The notes under the pieces: generated by a model
Databases searched by the model: none
Told to the model about the DNA's origin: nothing
The model's input: only the letters and a program-made list of their open reading frames with translations
DNA from: Candidatus Omnitrophota bacterium
GTDB taxonomy: Bacteria; Omnitrophota; Gorgyraeia; Gygaellales; Profunditerraquicolaceae
NCBI GenBank assembly: GCA_963805065.1
Contig: CAWDSS010000010.1
Span: forward strand, 856,359 to 920,358
DNA: 64,000 nt
Direction: 5' to 3'
Shown: positions 9,408 to 17,888 of the stretch, piece after piece
How positions within the stretch are numbered: the first letter of the stretch is position 1
How the letters are laid out: each line of letters opens with the position of its first letter
Program-made: the position numbers and the translations under genes

Positions 9408-10056
9408 TCGTCAGCGGATAATAAAATCAGCCCTACTCTTGCCAATTCTATTTTCTCTGGTGATTGCCGGTTGCACTAAATACGAAATCAAGAATGTTGA
9501 TTCCCGCGGGAAAAACATCATTTGTTTCGGGGACAGCATTACTTTCGGTTACGGCGTAAATCCGGATGAGGATTATCCTACAAACTTAAGCAAGATGCTG
9601 GATATACCGGTAATCAACAGGGGAATTGACGGGAATACTTCTTCTGAAGCCCTCAGCCGCTTTGAGCATGACGTATTGGATGATAAACCGCTTTTGGTCA
9701 TTATCGAATTTTGCGGCAATGATTTCATAACCAAGATACCAGTGGAAACCTCGGTAAGCAACATCAGAAAAATGATTGAAGCAACCCAGGCAAAAGGCGC
9801 AATGACAGCGATTGTGGATGTGAGTGCAGGTTTTTTCCTGGCGAATTACCGGTCAGCATTCAAGAGCCTGGCGCAGGAAACAGGTTCCATATTTGTGCCT
9901 AGCGCTTTAAACGGGATAATCACCAATCCCAGCATGAAAAGCGACTTTTTACACCCCAATGCCACAGGATATAAAATCATCGCCTCGCGTGTTTACCGCG
10001 CAATCATCCCCTACCTTAATAAAAATACGATTTATAAAAGATTCGGCAAGCAGTAA
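9394..10056 (+). CDS. SGNH/GDSL-family lipoprotein esterase (TesA/arylesterase-like)
   Basis: Lipobox VIAGC, GDSIT block I, GxND block III and DxxHP block V. Confidence 0.75.
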   Translation: MWINSRQRIIKSALLLPILFSLVIAGCTKYEIKNVDSRGKNIICFGDSITFGYGVNPDEDYPTNLSKMLDIPVINRGIDGNTSSEALSRFEHDVLDDKPLLVIIEFCGNDFITKIPVETSVSNIRKMIEATQAKGAMTAIVDVSAGFFLANYRSAFKSLAQETGSIFVPSALNGIITNPSMKSDFLHPNATGYKIIASRVYRAIIPYLNKNTIYKRFGKQ

Positions 10057-10059
10057 GGT

Positions 10060-10145
10060 TGGTGCCGAAGAAGGGAGTTGAACCCTTACGAGCTTACGCT
10101 CATCGGTTTTTGAGACCGACATGTATGCCATTCCATCACTTCGGC
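10060..10145 (-). tRNA. tRNA-Leu(CAA), class II with long variable arm, CCA encoded
   Basis: The reverse complement folds as a cloverleaf: GCCGAAG acceptor, anticodon stem TCGGT/ACCGA, loop CTCAAAA, GGTTCAACTCC T-arm. Confidence 0.85.
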
Positions 10146-10154
10146 ATTATTCTG

Positions 10155-10183
10155 TTGACGCCAAACATTTTATATTCTAAAAT
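10155..10183 (+). promoter_or_regulatory. sigma70-type promoter TTGACG-17-TAAAAT, candidate for the tRNA-Ala leader transcript
   Basis: Hexamers and spacing read directly. Confidence 0.45.
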
Positions 10184-10195
10184 AGCAAAGGTCAA
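10167..10195 (-). promoter_or_regulatory. sigma70-type promoter TTGACC-17-TAAAAT for tRNA-Leu, overlapping the divergent + strand promoter
   Basis: Hexamers on the minus strand; the -10 ends about 20 nt before the tRNA-Leu 5' end. Confidence 0.45.
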
Positions 10196-10300
10196 TAGAT
10201 AAATAATTCAAGGTTCTGTGGAAATCGTTCACAGGACCGGAGGCACTTGGCCACATTGTCCAAGTGCCCAAAAGATTTTTTCATTAATGAAAAAACTTTT

Positions 10301-10376
10301 GGGGCTGTAGCTCAGCTGGGAGAGCACTTGCATGGCATGCAAGGGGTCAGGAGTTCAATCCTCCTCAGCTCCACCA
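10301..10376 (+). tRNA. tRNA-Ala(GGC), CCA encoded
   Basis: Aligns position by position with canonical tRNA-Ala. Has the G3:U70 identity pair, anticodon loop ATGGCAT and T-loop TTCAATC. Confidence 0.9.
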
Positions 10377-10385
10377 AAATTACAA

Positions 10386-10406
10386 GGACGCAGAGATGCG
10401 TCCTTT
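10386..10406 (+). terminator. weak stem-loop (GGACGCA/TGCGTCC) plus TTT after tRNA-Ala
   Basis: 7-bp stem, 4-nt loop, only 3 U residues. Contains the first in-frame ATG of the nfo ORF. Confidence 0.3.
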
Positions 10407-11256
10407 AAAACTCATGCTTTTAGGCGTCCATGTTTCCGGCGTAAGTAAAATTTACGAAGCGTTCAACCTCGCGGATTCCCTCGGTTGTAATACCATGCAG
10501 ATATTCTCGCGTAACCCCCAGAGATGGCGCGAGAAATTCTTAGAGCCCCAGGACGTAAAAGAATTCAGGAAAAGGCGCCAGAATTTTAAGATAAAACCGA
10601 TTTTCATTCACATACCTTATCTGATTAATCTGGCTTCTCCCAACCCCAAATTATACGAGGGTTCAATTGAGGCTTATAGCGAAGATATCCTGGAGGCAGG
10701 GGAATTAAAGGCCGACTATATTGTCACGCATATGGGTAGCCACAAGGAAACCTCGGAAGATGCCGGGCTAAAAAGATTAACCGATGCACTAAATATAATT
10801 TTGGAAGACACCAAAGATTGCGATGTCGGTATTTTATTGGAAAATACCGCCGGCTCCGGCTCATGGCTGGGTTATAAATTCGAACATCAAAAGCGCGCAA
10901 TCCAGGGTTTAAAACACAAGCAGCGCGTCGGTCTTTGCCTGGATACTGCACACGCGTATCTGGCAGGATATGATATTGCAACCAAGGTGGGCCTAGAAAG
11001 CTTATTAAGTGAAATAGACAAATCAGTAGGAATAAATTTAATCAAGCTTATTCATTTGAATGACGCAAGGGGAGAATTAGGCTCGCATCATGACAGGCAT
11101 GACCATATTGGCAAAGGCAACATCGGACTTGAGGGGATGGAAAGAATTATTAACCACCCGAAATTAAGGAACCTACCCTTTATATTAGAGACACCTAAAG
11201 ATAACGACAATGCGGATAAGATAAATTTAGCGGTTGTCAGGGGGTTAAGGAAGTAG
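10396..11256 (+). CDS. nfo: deoxyribonuclease IV (endonuclease IV, AP endonuclease family 2)
   Basis: GVHVS, HxxYLINLAS, THxGS, LENTAG and HLNDA motifs. The true start may be ATG 10414 (MLLGVHVS). Confidence 0.85.
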   Translation: MRPLKLMLLGVHVSGVSKIYEAFNLADSLGCNTMQIFSRNPQRWREKFLEPQDVKEFRKRRQNFKIKPIFIHIPYLINLASPNPKLYEGSIEAYSEDILEAGELKADYIVTHMGSHKETSEDAGLKRLTDALNIILEDTKDCDVGILLENTAGSGSWLGYKFEHQKRAIQGLKHKQRVGLCLDTAHAYLAGYDIATKVGLESLLSEIDKSVGINLIKLIHLNDARGELGSHHDRHDHIGKGNIGLEGMERIINHPKLRNLPFILETPKDNDNADKINLAVVRGLRK

Positions 11257-12349
11257 TATATGAGCTATCCATTTAAAGAAATCGAAGAAAAGTGGCAGGC
11301 ATATTGGGCAAAACAGGAAGCCTTTAGCGTAAGAGAAGACTCTGCCAGAAAGAAATTCTATCTTCTGGAAATGTTCCCCTATCCGTCGGGAAAAATTCAC
11401 ATGGGCCATGTGCGTAATTATACTATCGCAGATGTTGCAGCCAGATTTAAGATGATGCAGGGGTTTAATGTTCTGCATCCCATGGGTTTTGACGCATTTG
11501 GCCAGCCCGCAGAAAACGCCGCCATAAAAAATAAAACCAAGCCCGATATCTGGACGCATAAATGCATTAACTGGATGCAGCAGGAATTAAAGAAAATGGG
11601 GTTTTCCTATGATTGGGAAAGAGAAGTTTCTACTTGCGACAGCGATTATTATAAATGGAACCAGTGGATATTTTTAAAAATGTTTGAGCGGGGCCTGGCG
11701 TACAAAAAAGCCTCTTCAGTTAATTGGTGCCCTTCCTGCGAAACGACCTTAGCTAATGAAGAGGTAATTGATGGCGGCTGTTGGCGGTGCAAAACCAAGG
11801 TAGAGCAAAAGGATTTGGAACAATGGTATCTAAAGATTACTGAATATAAAGAGCGCTTGTTAGAAGATTTAAAACAACTTAAAGATTGGCCGGAGAAGGT
11901 ATTAGCAATGCAGACCAACTGGATCGGCAAAAGCCAGGGAGTCCAGATATTATTTTCGCCTGAAAGAGGCTAATGCCGTCATACCGGTTTTTACTACCCG
12001 GGTGGATACTATTTTTGGCGCAACTTATATTGTATTAGCTCCGGAGCATCCGTTAGTCAAAGAGATCATTAAAGATAAACCCCAGGAAAAAGAAGTATTA
12101 AAGTTTATCGATAAAGTTGCCAAAGAAAGCAAAGTTGTGCGCACGGCCTCGGATGTTAAAAAAGAGGGAGTTTTTACCGGCGGCTACGCAATAAATCCGG
12201 TTAATAATGAAGAAGTTCCTATCTGGGTTGCTGATTATGTATTAATGGAATATGGTACAGGCGCGATAATGGCTGTGCCCACGCATGACCAGCGGGATTT
12301 TCTGTTTGCCAAAGAACATAAACTGCCGATGCGTATTGTTATCCAGCCT

Positions 12350-12381
12350 CAGAACCCAGAACCCAGAACCCAGAACCCATT
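12350..12381 (+). repeat. (CAGAACC)x4 + CATT heptamer array, in-frame in leuS
   Basis: Read directly. Encodes [11 protein letters not shown]. Identical 32-mer at 27524..27555. Confidence 0.95.
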
Positions 12382-13179
12382 AACTGAAGCCTACGAAGGC
12401 GACGGCATTCAGGTTAATTCCGGACAATTCAACGGGCTTAACAATCAGCAAGCCAAGCTTAAAATTGCCGAATGGATGGAGAAAACCCATATTGGCAAAA
12501 TCCAAACTCATTGGCGTTTACGCGACTGGCTGATTTCCCGTCAGCGTTATTGGGGCACGCCTATCCCAATGATTTATTGTGCGAAATGCGGTATTGTGCC
12601 TGTGCCGTACAAAGACCTTCCGGTAGAATTACCCAAGGATGCCCCTTTTACAGGAGAAGGCGGCAGCCCATTAGCCAAGGTAAAGGAATTTGTTAATGTC
12701 AAATGCCCGAAATGTAATGGCCCAGCTCGCCGGGAAACCGATACCATGGCCACATTCTTTGATTCTTCCTGGTATTTCTTAAGATTTTGTTCTCCTAAGT
12801 TTAATTACGGGCCATTTGATCAAGGTAGCGCAAAATACTGGATGCCGGTTGATCAATATATTGGCGGTATTGAACATGCTATCCTGCATTTATTGTATTC
12901 ACGTTTTTTTACCAAATTTTTTAAAGACTTAGGGCTGATAGATTTTGATGAACCATTCAGGAAATTGTTAACGCAGGGCATGGTATTAAAAGACGGCGAA
13001 GTAATGTCTAAGTCACGCGGCAATATTGTTGACCCGGATTCCATTATTAAGAATTATGGCGCAGATACCTTAAGGTTATTTATTTTATTTGCCGCTCCTC
13101 CTGAAACTGAATTGGAGTGGGATGATCGTGGCATAGAGGGGGCTTTCAAATTCTTAAACCGGGTATGGCGCATTAAAGA

Positions 13180-13211
13180 AAGTCAAAACTTAAAAGCCAA
13201 AAGTCAAAACT
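13180..13211 (+). repeat. degenerate A-rich heptamer array (units TCAAAAC/TTAAAAG/CCAAAAG/TCAAAAC), in-frame in leuS
   Basis: AAGTCAAAACT recurs with a 21-nt period. About 25/30 nt identical to the lnt array at 27982. Confidence 0.8.
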
Positions 13212-13818
13212 CGAATGAAGACGGCTTAATTAAAACCAGAAAGAAAATGCATGAGACTATTAAAGAAGTCAGCGAAGATATAGAGAATTTTAAATTTAAT
13301 ACTGCTATAGCAAGCTTAATGGAATTAGTAAATACCATCTATCAGTTTGGGGCAGATGAGGAAATATTCTCCAAGTTAGTAATCATGCTTAGCCCCATCG
13401 TCCCGCATTTTGCCGAGGAATTATGGCAGAAGCTGGGTAACAAGGAAAGCATCATCCGGGCTCATTGGCCGCAATACGACCCCAAGATGTTGATTGAAGA
13501 AACAGTTACTATTGTAATCCAGATAAACGGCAAACTGCGCTCAAAAATTGATGTTCCCTCAGACATCTCCGAAGAAAAACTTAAGGAACTTGTGTTTGCC
13601 GATGAAAGATTACAGCCCTGGCTTCAGGGGAAACCCCTCAAAAATTTCATCGTAGTCCCCAAAAAACTGGTTAACATAGTAGTCTAAATCCTCTCCTTTG
13701 CCCGGATATTTGCATTTTCATCAGAGTTAGAAGTTTTTGTCCTGCTTAAGATTAATGCATTTTTGCTTAGCCTGCCTTTTGCGTATTTTAGCTTGTAAAA
13801 TTGAATCGGAGCGGGGGG

Positions 13819-13847
13819 TTGACAAAGCCCGCTAAATATGTTAAAGT
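13819..13847 (+). promoter_or_regulatory. sigma70-type promoter TTGACA-17-TAAAGT, 8 nt upstream of the bamD ATG (near-leaderless)
   Basis: Hexamers read directly. No SD between the -10 and the ATG at 13856. Confidence 0.5.
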
Positions 13848-13855
13848 AAGTCTCT

Positions 13856-14803
13856 ATGAAACGCACCCCCTCTATTATTTTAATATTATTTTTCTTTTTA
13901 CTTTCAACGGGTAACGTCTATTCTTATTGGATTTGGACGCCCAAGACAGGCAAATGGGTAAACCCTAAGTACATGGCTAAGCCCAATCCTAAGGAACAGT
14001 TTGAATACGCCAAGGGATTTTACGATGAAAAGAAATATGAAGATGCAAAGCGCGAATTCAAAAGGCTGCTTAAGACATATCCTAAATCTTTCGAGGCTTC
14101 GGAGGGCCAGTATTATCTGGGCCTAATTGATGAGGCACAGGGGAATTCATACGAAGCATTTAAGGCATTTCAGAAGGTTATTGATAAGTACCCTTTTTCC
14201 GAACGGATCCCCGAGGTAATTGAGCAGGAATACAAAATCGCAGAGTCGTTCATGTCCGGGGAAAAACATAAAACCCTAAGCGCAGTTTTAGGAAGCGAGA
14301 ATCCAGCCATAGAGATATTTAATAAGGTTATTGAGAATTCTACCTATGGCCCGTTTGCGCCTAAGGCCCAATATAAATTAGGGTTGGTTTTAAAAGGGCT
14401 CACCCGTTACTATGAAGCTGAGGAGGCGTTTAATAAAGTAATCACGAATTATCCTGACAGCGAGTGGGCAGAGGCATCGAGGTTTCAAATTGCCTTATGC
14501 CGCCAGGCGGTTTCCAAGGGACCGGATTATGACCAGGGCGCAGCGCAGGAGGCAAAACAGAAATTCGAGGAATTCGTAAAAGACCATCCCGAGGCAGCAC
14601 TTTCCAATGAGGCGGGCAAAAACATCAGCCAACTTAATGAAAAAGAAGCAGAAAGTAACTATAGCATCGGGATATTCTATGAAAAACAAAAGCTATATGA
14701 AAGCGCAAAAATTTATTATAATGACGTAGTGAACAATCATCCTGACACTCGTTGGGCAGCTAAGGCGATGGAGAGATTACAGATAATGGAGAAAAAGAAA
14801 TGA
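13856..14803 (+). CDS. bamD: outer membrane protein assembly factor BamD (TPR lipoprotein, YfiO family)
   Basis: Signal peptide, repeated TPR-like YxxAxxxF..YP blocks (FKRLLKTYPKS, FQKVIDKYP, FNKVITNYPDSEW, NDVVNNHPDTRW). Confidence 0.7.
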   Translation: MKRTPSIILILFFFLLSTGNVYSYWIWTPKTGKWVNPKYMAKPNPKEQFEYAKGFYDEKKYEDAKREFKRLLKTYPKSFEASEGQYYLGLIDEAQGNSYEAFKAFQKVIDKYPFSERIPEVIEQEYKIAESFMSGEKHKTLSAVLGSENPAIEIFNKVIENSTYGPFAPKAQYKLGLVLKGLTRYYEAEEAFNKVITNYPDSEWAEASRFQIALCRQAVSKGPDYDQGAAQEAKQKFEEFVKDHPEAALSNEAGKNISQLNEKEAESNYSIGIFYEKQKLYESAKIYYNDVVNNHPDTRWAAKAMERLQIMEKKK

Positions 14804-15366
14804 GAGATTTACGTTTAATGCTTAGAAGAATCATTATTTGCTTCTTTCTTGCGGTTTTTTGTTCTTTTAGCCTTGCTGCATGCGGTTACACTACCCGCTC
14901 TCTGATTACAAACCAATTCAAGACTATTTATGTGCAGCCTTTTGTTAATAAAGTTGACATTACCAATGAAGCTTATCAGGAAAACAGATACCGGATTTAT
15001 AGGCCTACGCTTGAATCCGACGTTACGCAGGCCGTGATAAACAGGTACCTGCTTGATGGAAACTTAAGGCCTGCTAAACAAGAAGACGCGGATCTGGTTT
15101 TAAAAGGAGAGCTTGTTGAGTTTCGCAGGGACCCTCTAAGTTATAGCGATAGTGATACGGTAACAGAGTACCGCTTGAATATCGTGGTTAATCTTACCCT
15201 TTTGGATAAAAAAGAAAATAAAACCCTTTGGAGCGAAAATAATTTTACAGGGGACACCACTTATTTTACTACCGGCGCCAACGCAAAAACAGAAGATACG
15301 GCTATAAATGACGCGCTCACTGATTTAGGCCGCAGAATTGTTGAACGGACAGTCGAGCAGTGGTAG
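14800..15366 (+). CDS. lptE: LPS-assembly lipoprotein LptE-like
   Basis: Lipobox LAACG, ~180 aa. Sits between leuS and holA, as in the conserved leuS-lptE-holA arrangement. Confidence 0.6.
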   Translation: MRDLRLMLRRIIICFFLAVFCSFSLAACGYTTRSLITNQFKTIYVQPFVNKVDITNEAYQENRYRIYRPTLESDVTQAVINRYLLDGNLRPAKQEDADLVLKGELVEFRRDPLSYSDSDTVTEYRLNIVVNLTLLDKKENKTLWSENNFTGDTTYFTTGANAKTEDTAINDALTDLGRRIVERTVEQW

Positions 15367-15371
15367 GCAAT

Positions 15372-16010
15372 ATGGTTTACTTGTTCATCGGAGATGACTC
15401 CCTTTCCAAGGATGTGCAGTTAAAGAGGATGAGGCAGGAATTCCTGGCAAGGGCAACCGAACAATTTAACCTCGATACATTATATGCCAAAGATTCAACC
15501 TTAAAGTCGCTGCAGGAAACATTATTGCGCCTTCCCGTAAATAACCCCAGAAGAATCGTAGTAATAAAAGATGCCCAAGATCTAAAGCAGGACACAAAAG
15601 ATTTCCTGCTTAAATACGTAAAGACTCCCCATAGGCAAATAATCCTTGTCTTAGATATAAACCGCATAGAAAAAAAAGATGAATTTATAAACCTGATATA
15701 CAAATTTACCAAGGTAGTGCGCTTTAGAGAAACAAGGCCGCTGGATGTTTTCGCCTTAAGCCGCCAGATACAATTAGGAAAGGCTGATTTGGCACTTCGG
15801 ATTTTAAACCAGATCCTAAGGGAAGGAGAGCGCCCCGAGAGGATTTTGGGCGGGTTAAGATATGCCTGGGAAAGAGACGTTACCTACCCCGTTGATATAA
15901 AAAGAAAATTAAAGCTATTGCTTAATTGTGACCTGGAAATAAAGACAGGAAAATTAAAGCCCGCCTTTGCCTTGGAGAAACTTGTGGTAAGCTTATGCGG
16001 ACTTGGTTAG
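15372..16010 (+). CDS. holA: DNA polymerase III delta subunit-like (short, ~212 aa)
   Basis: YLFIGDD N-terminus and clamp-loader delta-like layout; synteny after lptE. About 100 aa shorter than typical HolA. Confidence 0.55.
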   Translation: MVYLFIGDDSLSKDVQLKRMRQEFLARATEQFNLDTLYAKDSTLKSLQETLLRLPVNNPRRIVVIKDAQDLKQDTKDFLLKYVKTPHRQIILVLDINRIEKKDEFINLIYKFTKVVRFRETRPLDVFALSRQIQLGKADLALRILNQILREGERPERILGGLRYAWERDVTYPVDIKRKLKLLLNCDLEIKTGKLKPAFALEKLVVSLCGLG

Positions 16011-16256
16011 CCTTTTCATCAGCCGGGATTTCTTACGGTCTGATGTGCGGCTGTGTATAATATTTTTCTTGGCTGCCTTATCAAGCTGAGAAAATACCTT
16101 ACCCAAGAGCGTTTTGGCTTCGTTTGTGTTTTTTGCCGACAATAACGCCTGAAATTTCTTTATTGTCTTCTTAAGCTGCTGTTTTACTTTTAAATTGCGC
16201 AGGTGTTTTTTCTTGTCCGCGCGTTTCTTTTTTAGAGATGTCTTTCTTCTGGGCAT
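15993..16256 (-). CDS. rpsT: 30S ribosomal protein S20
   Basis: MPRRKTSLKKKRADKKKHLRN...IHSRTSDRKKSRL basic protein. SD GGAG 7 nt upstream of the ATG at 16256. Confidence 0.9.
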   Translation of the reverse strand: MPRRKTSLKKKRADKKKHLRNLKVKQQLKKTIKKFQALLSAKNTNEAKTLLGKVFSQLDKAAKKNIIHSRTSDRKKSRLMKRLTKSA

Positions 16257-16325
16257 CTTAAGCTCCTTTTTTAATTTGATAAAATATAGCATAATTAAAT
16301 AATTATGTCAACCCTCTAAAATCCT

Positions 16326-17888
16326 ATGATTCATCACTCTAACCGCCATATTGCTAAATCTGCTACCATAATAGGCTTTGCCACCTTATTATCCAGGATT
16401 CTGGGCTTTATACGCGATATAGTCATTGCCAGGTTATTCGGTGTTTATATCTATGCGCAGGCATTTGTAATTGCGTTTAGGATCCCCAATTTATTCCGTG
16501 ACATAGTCGGAGAGGGCGCAACTAATTCTGCACTTGTGCCTGTATTTAGCGAGTATACGGTTAAACATACCAAGATTGAATATTGGGAGCTGGTAAATAC
16601 TTTGCTAAACATGCTTTTGGTAATACTTATGTCGCTAGTGCTTTTAGGTATAATGTTTGCTCCCATAATTGTCAGGCTCATTGCCCCGGGGTTTGTAACT
16701 ACCCCGGAAAAACTGGAGACGACAATCAGGTTAACCCGCATCATATTCCCTTACATTTTATTAATCAGCCTGGCAGCCTACTCTATGGGCATACTGAATT
16801 CCCTGAAACATTTCGCCGTGCCTGCATTTGCGCCCTGTCTTTTGAATATATCGATGATTGTATTTGTACTTTTATACGGTGAGGGAATAAAAGGACTGGC
16901 TTTGGGAGTTTTAATCGGCGGATGTTTACAGTTGGCAGTTCAAATGCCGGTTCTTTACAAAAAAGGCTTCAGGCTAAGGCTATTCAGGCGTTTTAAACAC
17001 CCGGCAGTAAAAACCGTAGGCAAACTCATGTTCCCGCGCCTGATAAGCACCTCAATTTATCAACTAAATAATTTTGTAGATTCGATATTCGGCTCTCTTG
17101 CCTGGATTGTCGGAGAGGGAGGAGTGGCAGTTCTATATTTCTCTTATAGGTTAATTCAATTTCCCCTGGGAATTTTTAGCAATGCGCTTTCCCAGGCAAT
17201 ACTTCCCACGCTTTCCACGCAGGCATTGGATAATGCCCTGGATAAATTAAGGCATACGCTTTCCTGGGGGTTGCGCACGACTTTTTTTGTGATGCTGCCA
17301 GCCTCAATTGGATTTATGGTGTTGTCTAAGCCAATAGTATCAACTCTATTCCAGGGCGGAAGATTTGATGCGGACTCAGCGCAATTGACTGCCAATGCAT
17401 TATTATTCTATAGCATCGGCTTATGCGCTTACGGAGGCACAAAAATTCTGCAATCATGTTTTTTTAGCCTCAAGGATACGATTACTACCACAAAAGTTGC
17501 CGGGATAGCTTTAATTATGAACGTTATCTTAAATGCGTGTCTTATGTTTCCCATGAAAATAGGAGGGCTGGCGCTGGCAACATCTCTATCCGGGATAGCG
17601 TCGTATTTAATTTTGTTCAGGCTCCTAAAGAAAAAGCTGGGGGATTTTCATACAAAAGAAATCATCGCTTCATTTTTACGGATATTCGCGGCAAGCGTTT
17701 GCATGGGCTTTGTTTGTTACTTTGTCTGGCAAAACGGCGTCGCTAGCAATAAGTATGTGCAATTAGGAATTGAAGTTTTGGCGGGATCCCTTTCTTACAT
17801 AGCCTTTTGTTTTGTGTTTAGGGTAGAGGAAATGCATCAACTGCGCAAATGGCTGGCAGAGAGAAAAATCTATGACCGATATCGATAA
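16326..17888 (+). CDS. murJ: lipid II flippase MurJ (MviN)
   Basis: LSRILGFIRD, FRIPNLFRD..GEGA..SA.VP motifs; ~14 TM helices. Confidence 0.9.
   Translation: MIHHSNRHIAKSATIIGFATLLSRILGFIRDIVIARLFGVYIYAQAFVIAFRIPNLFRDIVGEGATNSALVPVFSEYTVKHTKIEYWELVNTLLNMLLVILMSLVLLGIMFAPIIVRLIAPGFVTTPEKLETTIRLTRIIFPYILLISLAAYSMGILNSLKHFAVPAFAPCLLNISMIVFVLLYGEGIKGLALGVLIGGCLQLAVQMPVLYKKGFRLRLFRRFKHPAVKTVGKLMFPRLISTSIYQLNNFVDSIFGSLAWIVGEGGVAVLYFSYRLIQFPLGIFSNALSQAILPTLSTQALDNALDKLRHTLSWGLRTTFFVMLPASIGFMVLSKPIVSTLFQGGRFDADSAQLTANALLFYSIGLCAYGGTKILQSCFFSLKDTITTTKVAGIALIMNVILNACLMFPMKIGGLALATSLSGIASYLILFRLLKKKLGDFHTKEIIASFLRIFAASVCMGFVCYFVWQNGVASNKYVQLGIEVLAGSLSYIAFCFVFRVEEMHQLRKWLAERKIYDRYR

Larger units (their letters stand above)
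11260..13687 (+). pseudogene. leuS: leucine--tRNA ligase, reading frame broken by one extra base near 11957..11960
   Basis: HMGH class I signature in the 5' part, KMSKS in the 3' part. Removing one C from TCGCCTG gives a continuous ...[30 protein letters not shown].... Confidence 0.9.

Noticed and set aside
10396-10413. The first ATG (10396) as the nfo start.
   Set aside because: It lies inside the hairpin that follows tRNA-Ala, and the extension (MRPLKL) precedes the conserved MLLGVHVS start region. I could not decide firmly, so the feature keeps the longer coordinates with a note.
11950-11975. Programmed +1 frameshifting in leuS, by analogy with prfB.
   Set aside because: There is no slippery codon/stop combination and no SD-like stimulator at the required shift point (TCG C CTG). 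Several secA indels of different types nearby argue for errors or decay rather than recoding.
12472-12696. Alternative-frame + strand ORFs inside real genes: 12472..12696 in leuS, 16583..16882 and 17537..17746 in murJ, 29317..29715 in the MFS gene, 34867..35127, 39008..39220, 42508..42705 and 42904..43125.
   Set aside because: They are out of frame within well-supported genes, have no SD, and give low-complexity or Arg/Cys-rich translations typical of off-frame reads.
13684-13866. 60-aa minus-strand ORF in the leuS-bamD intergenic region.
   Set aside because: It has no SD, overlaps the bamD promoter and start, and its translation has no motif. It is probably spurious.
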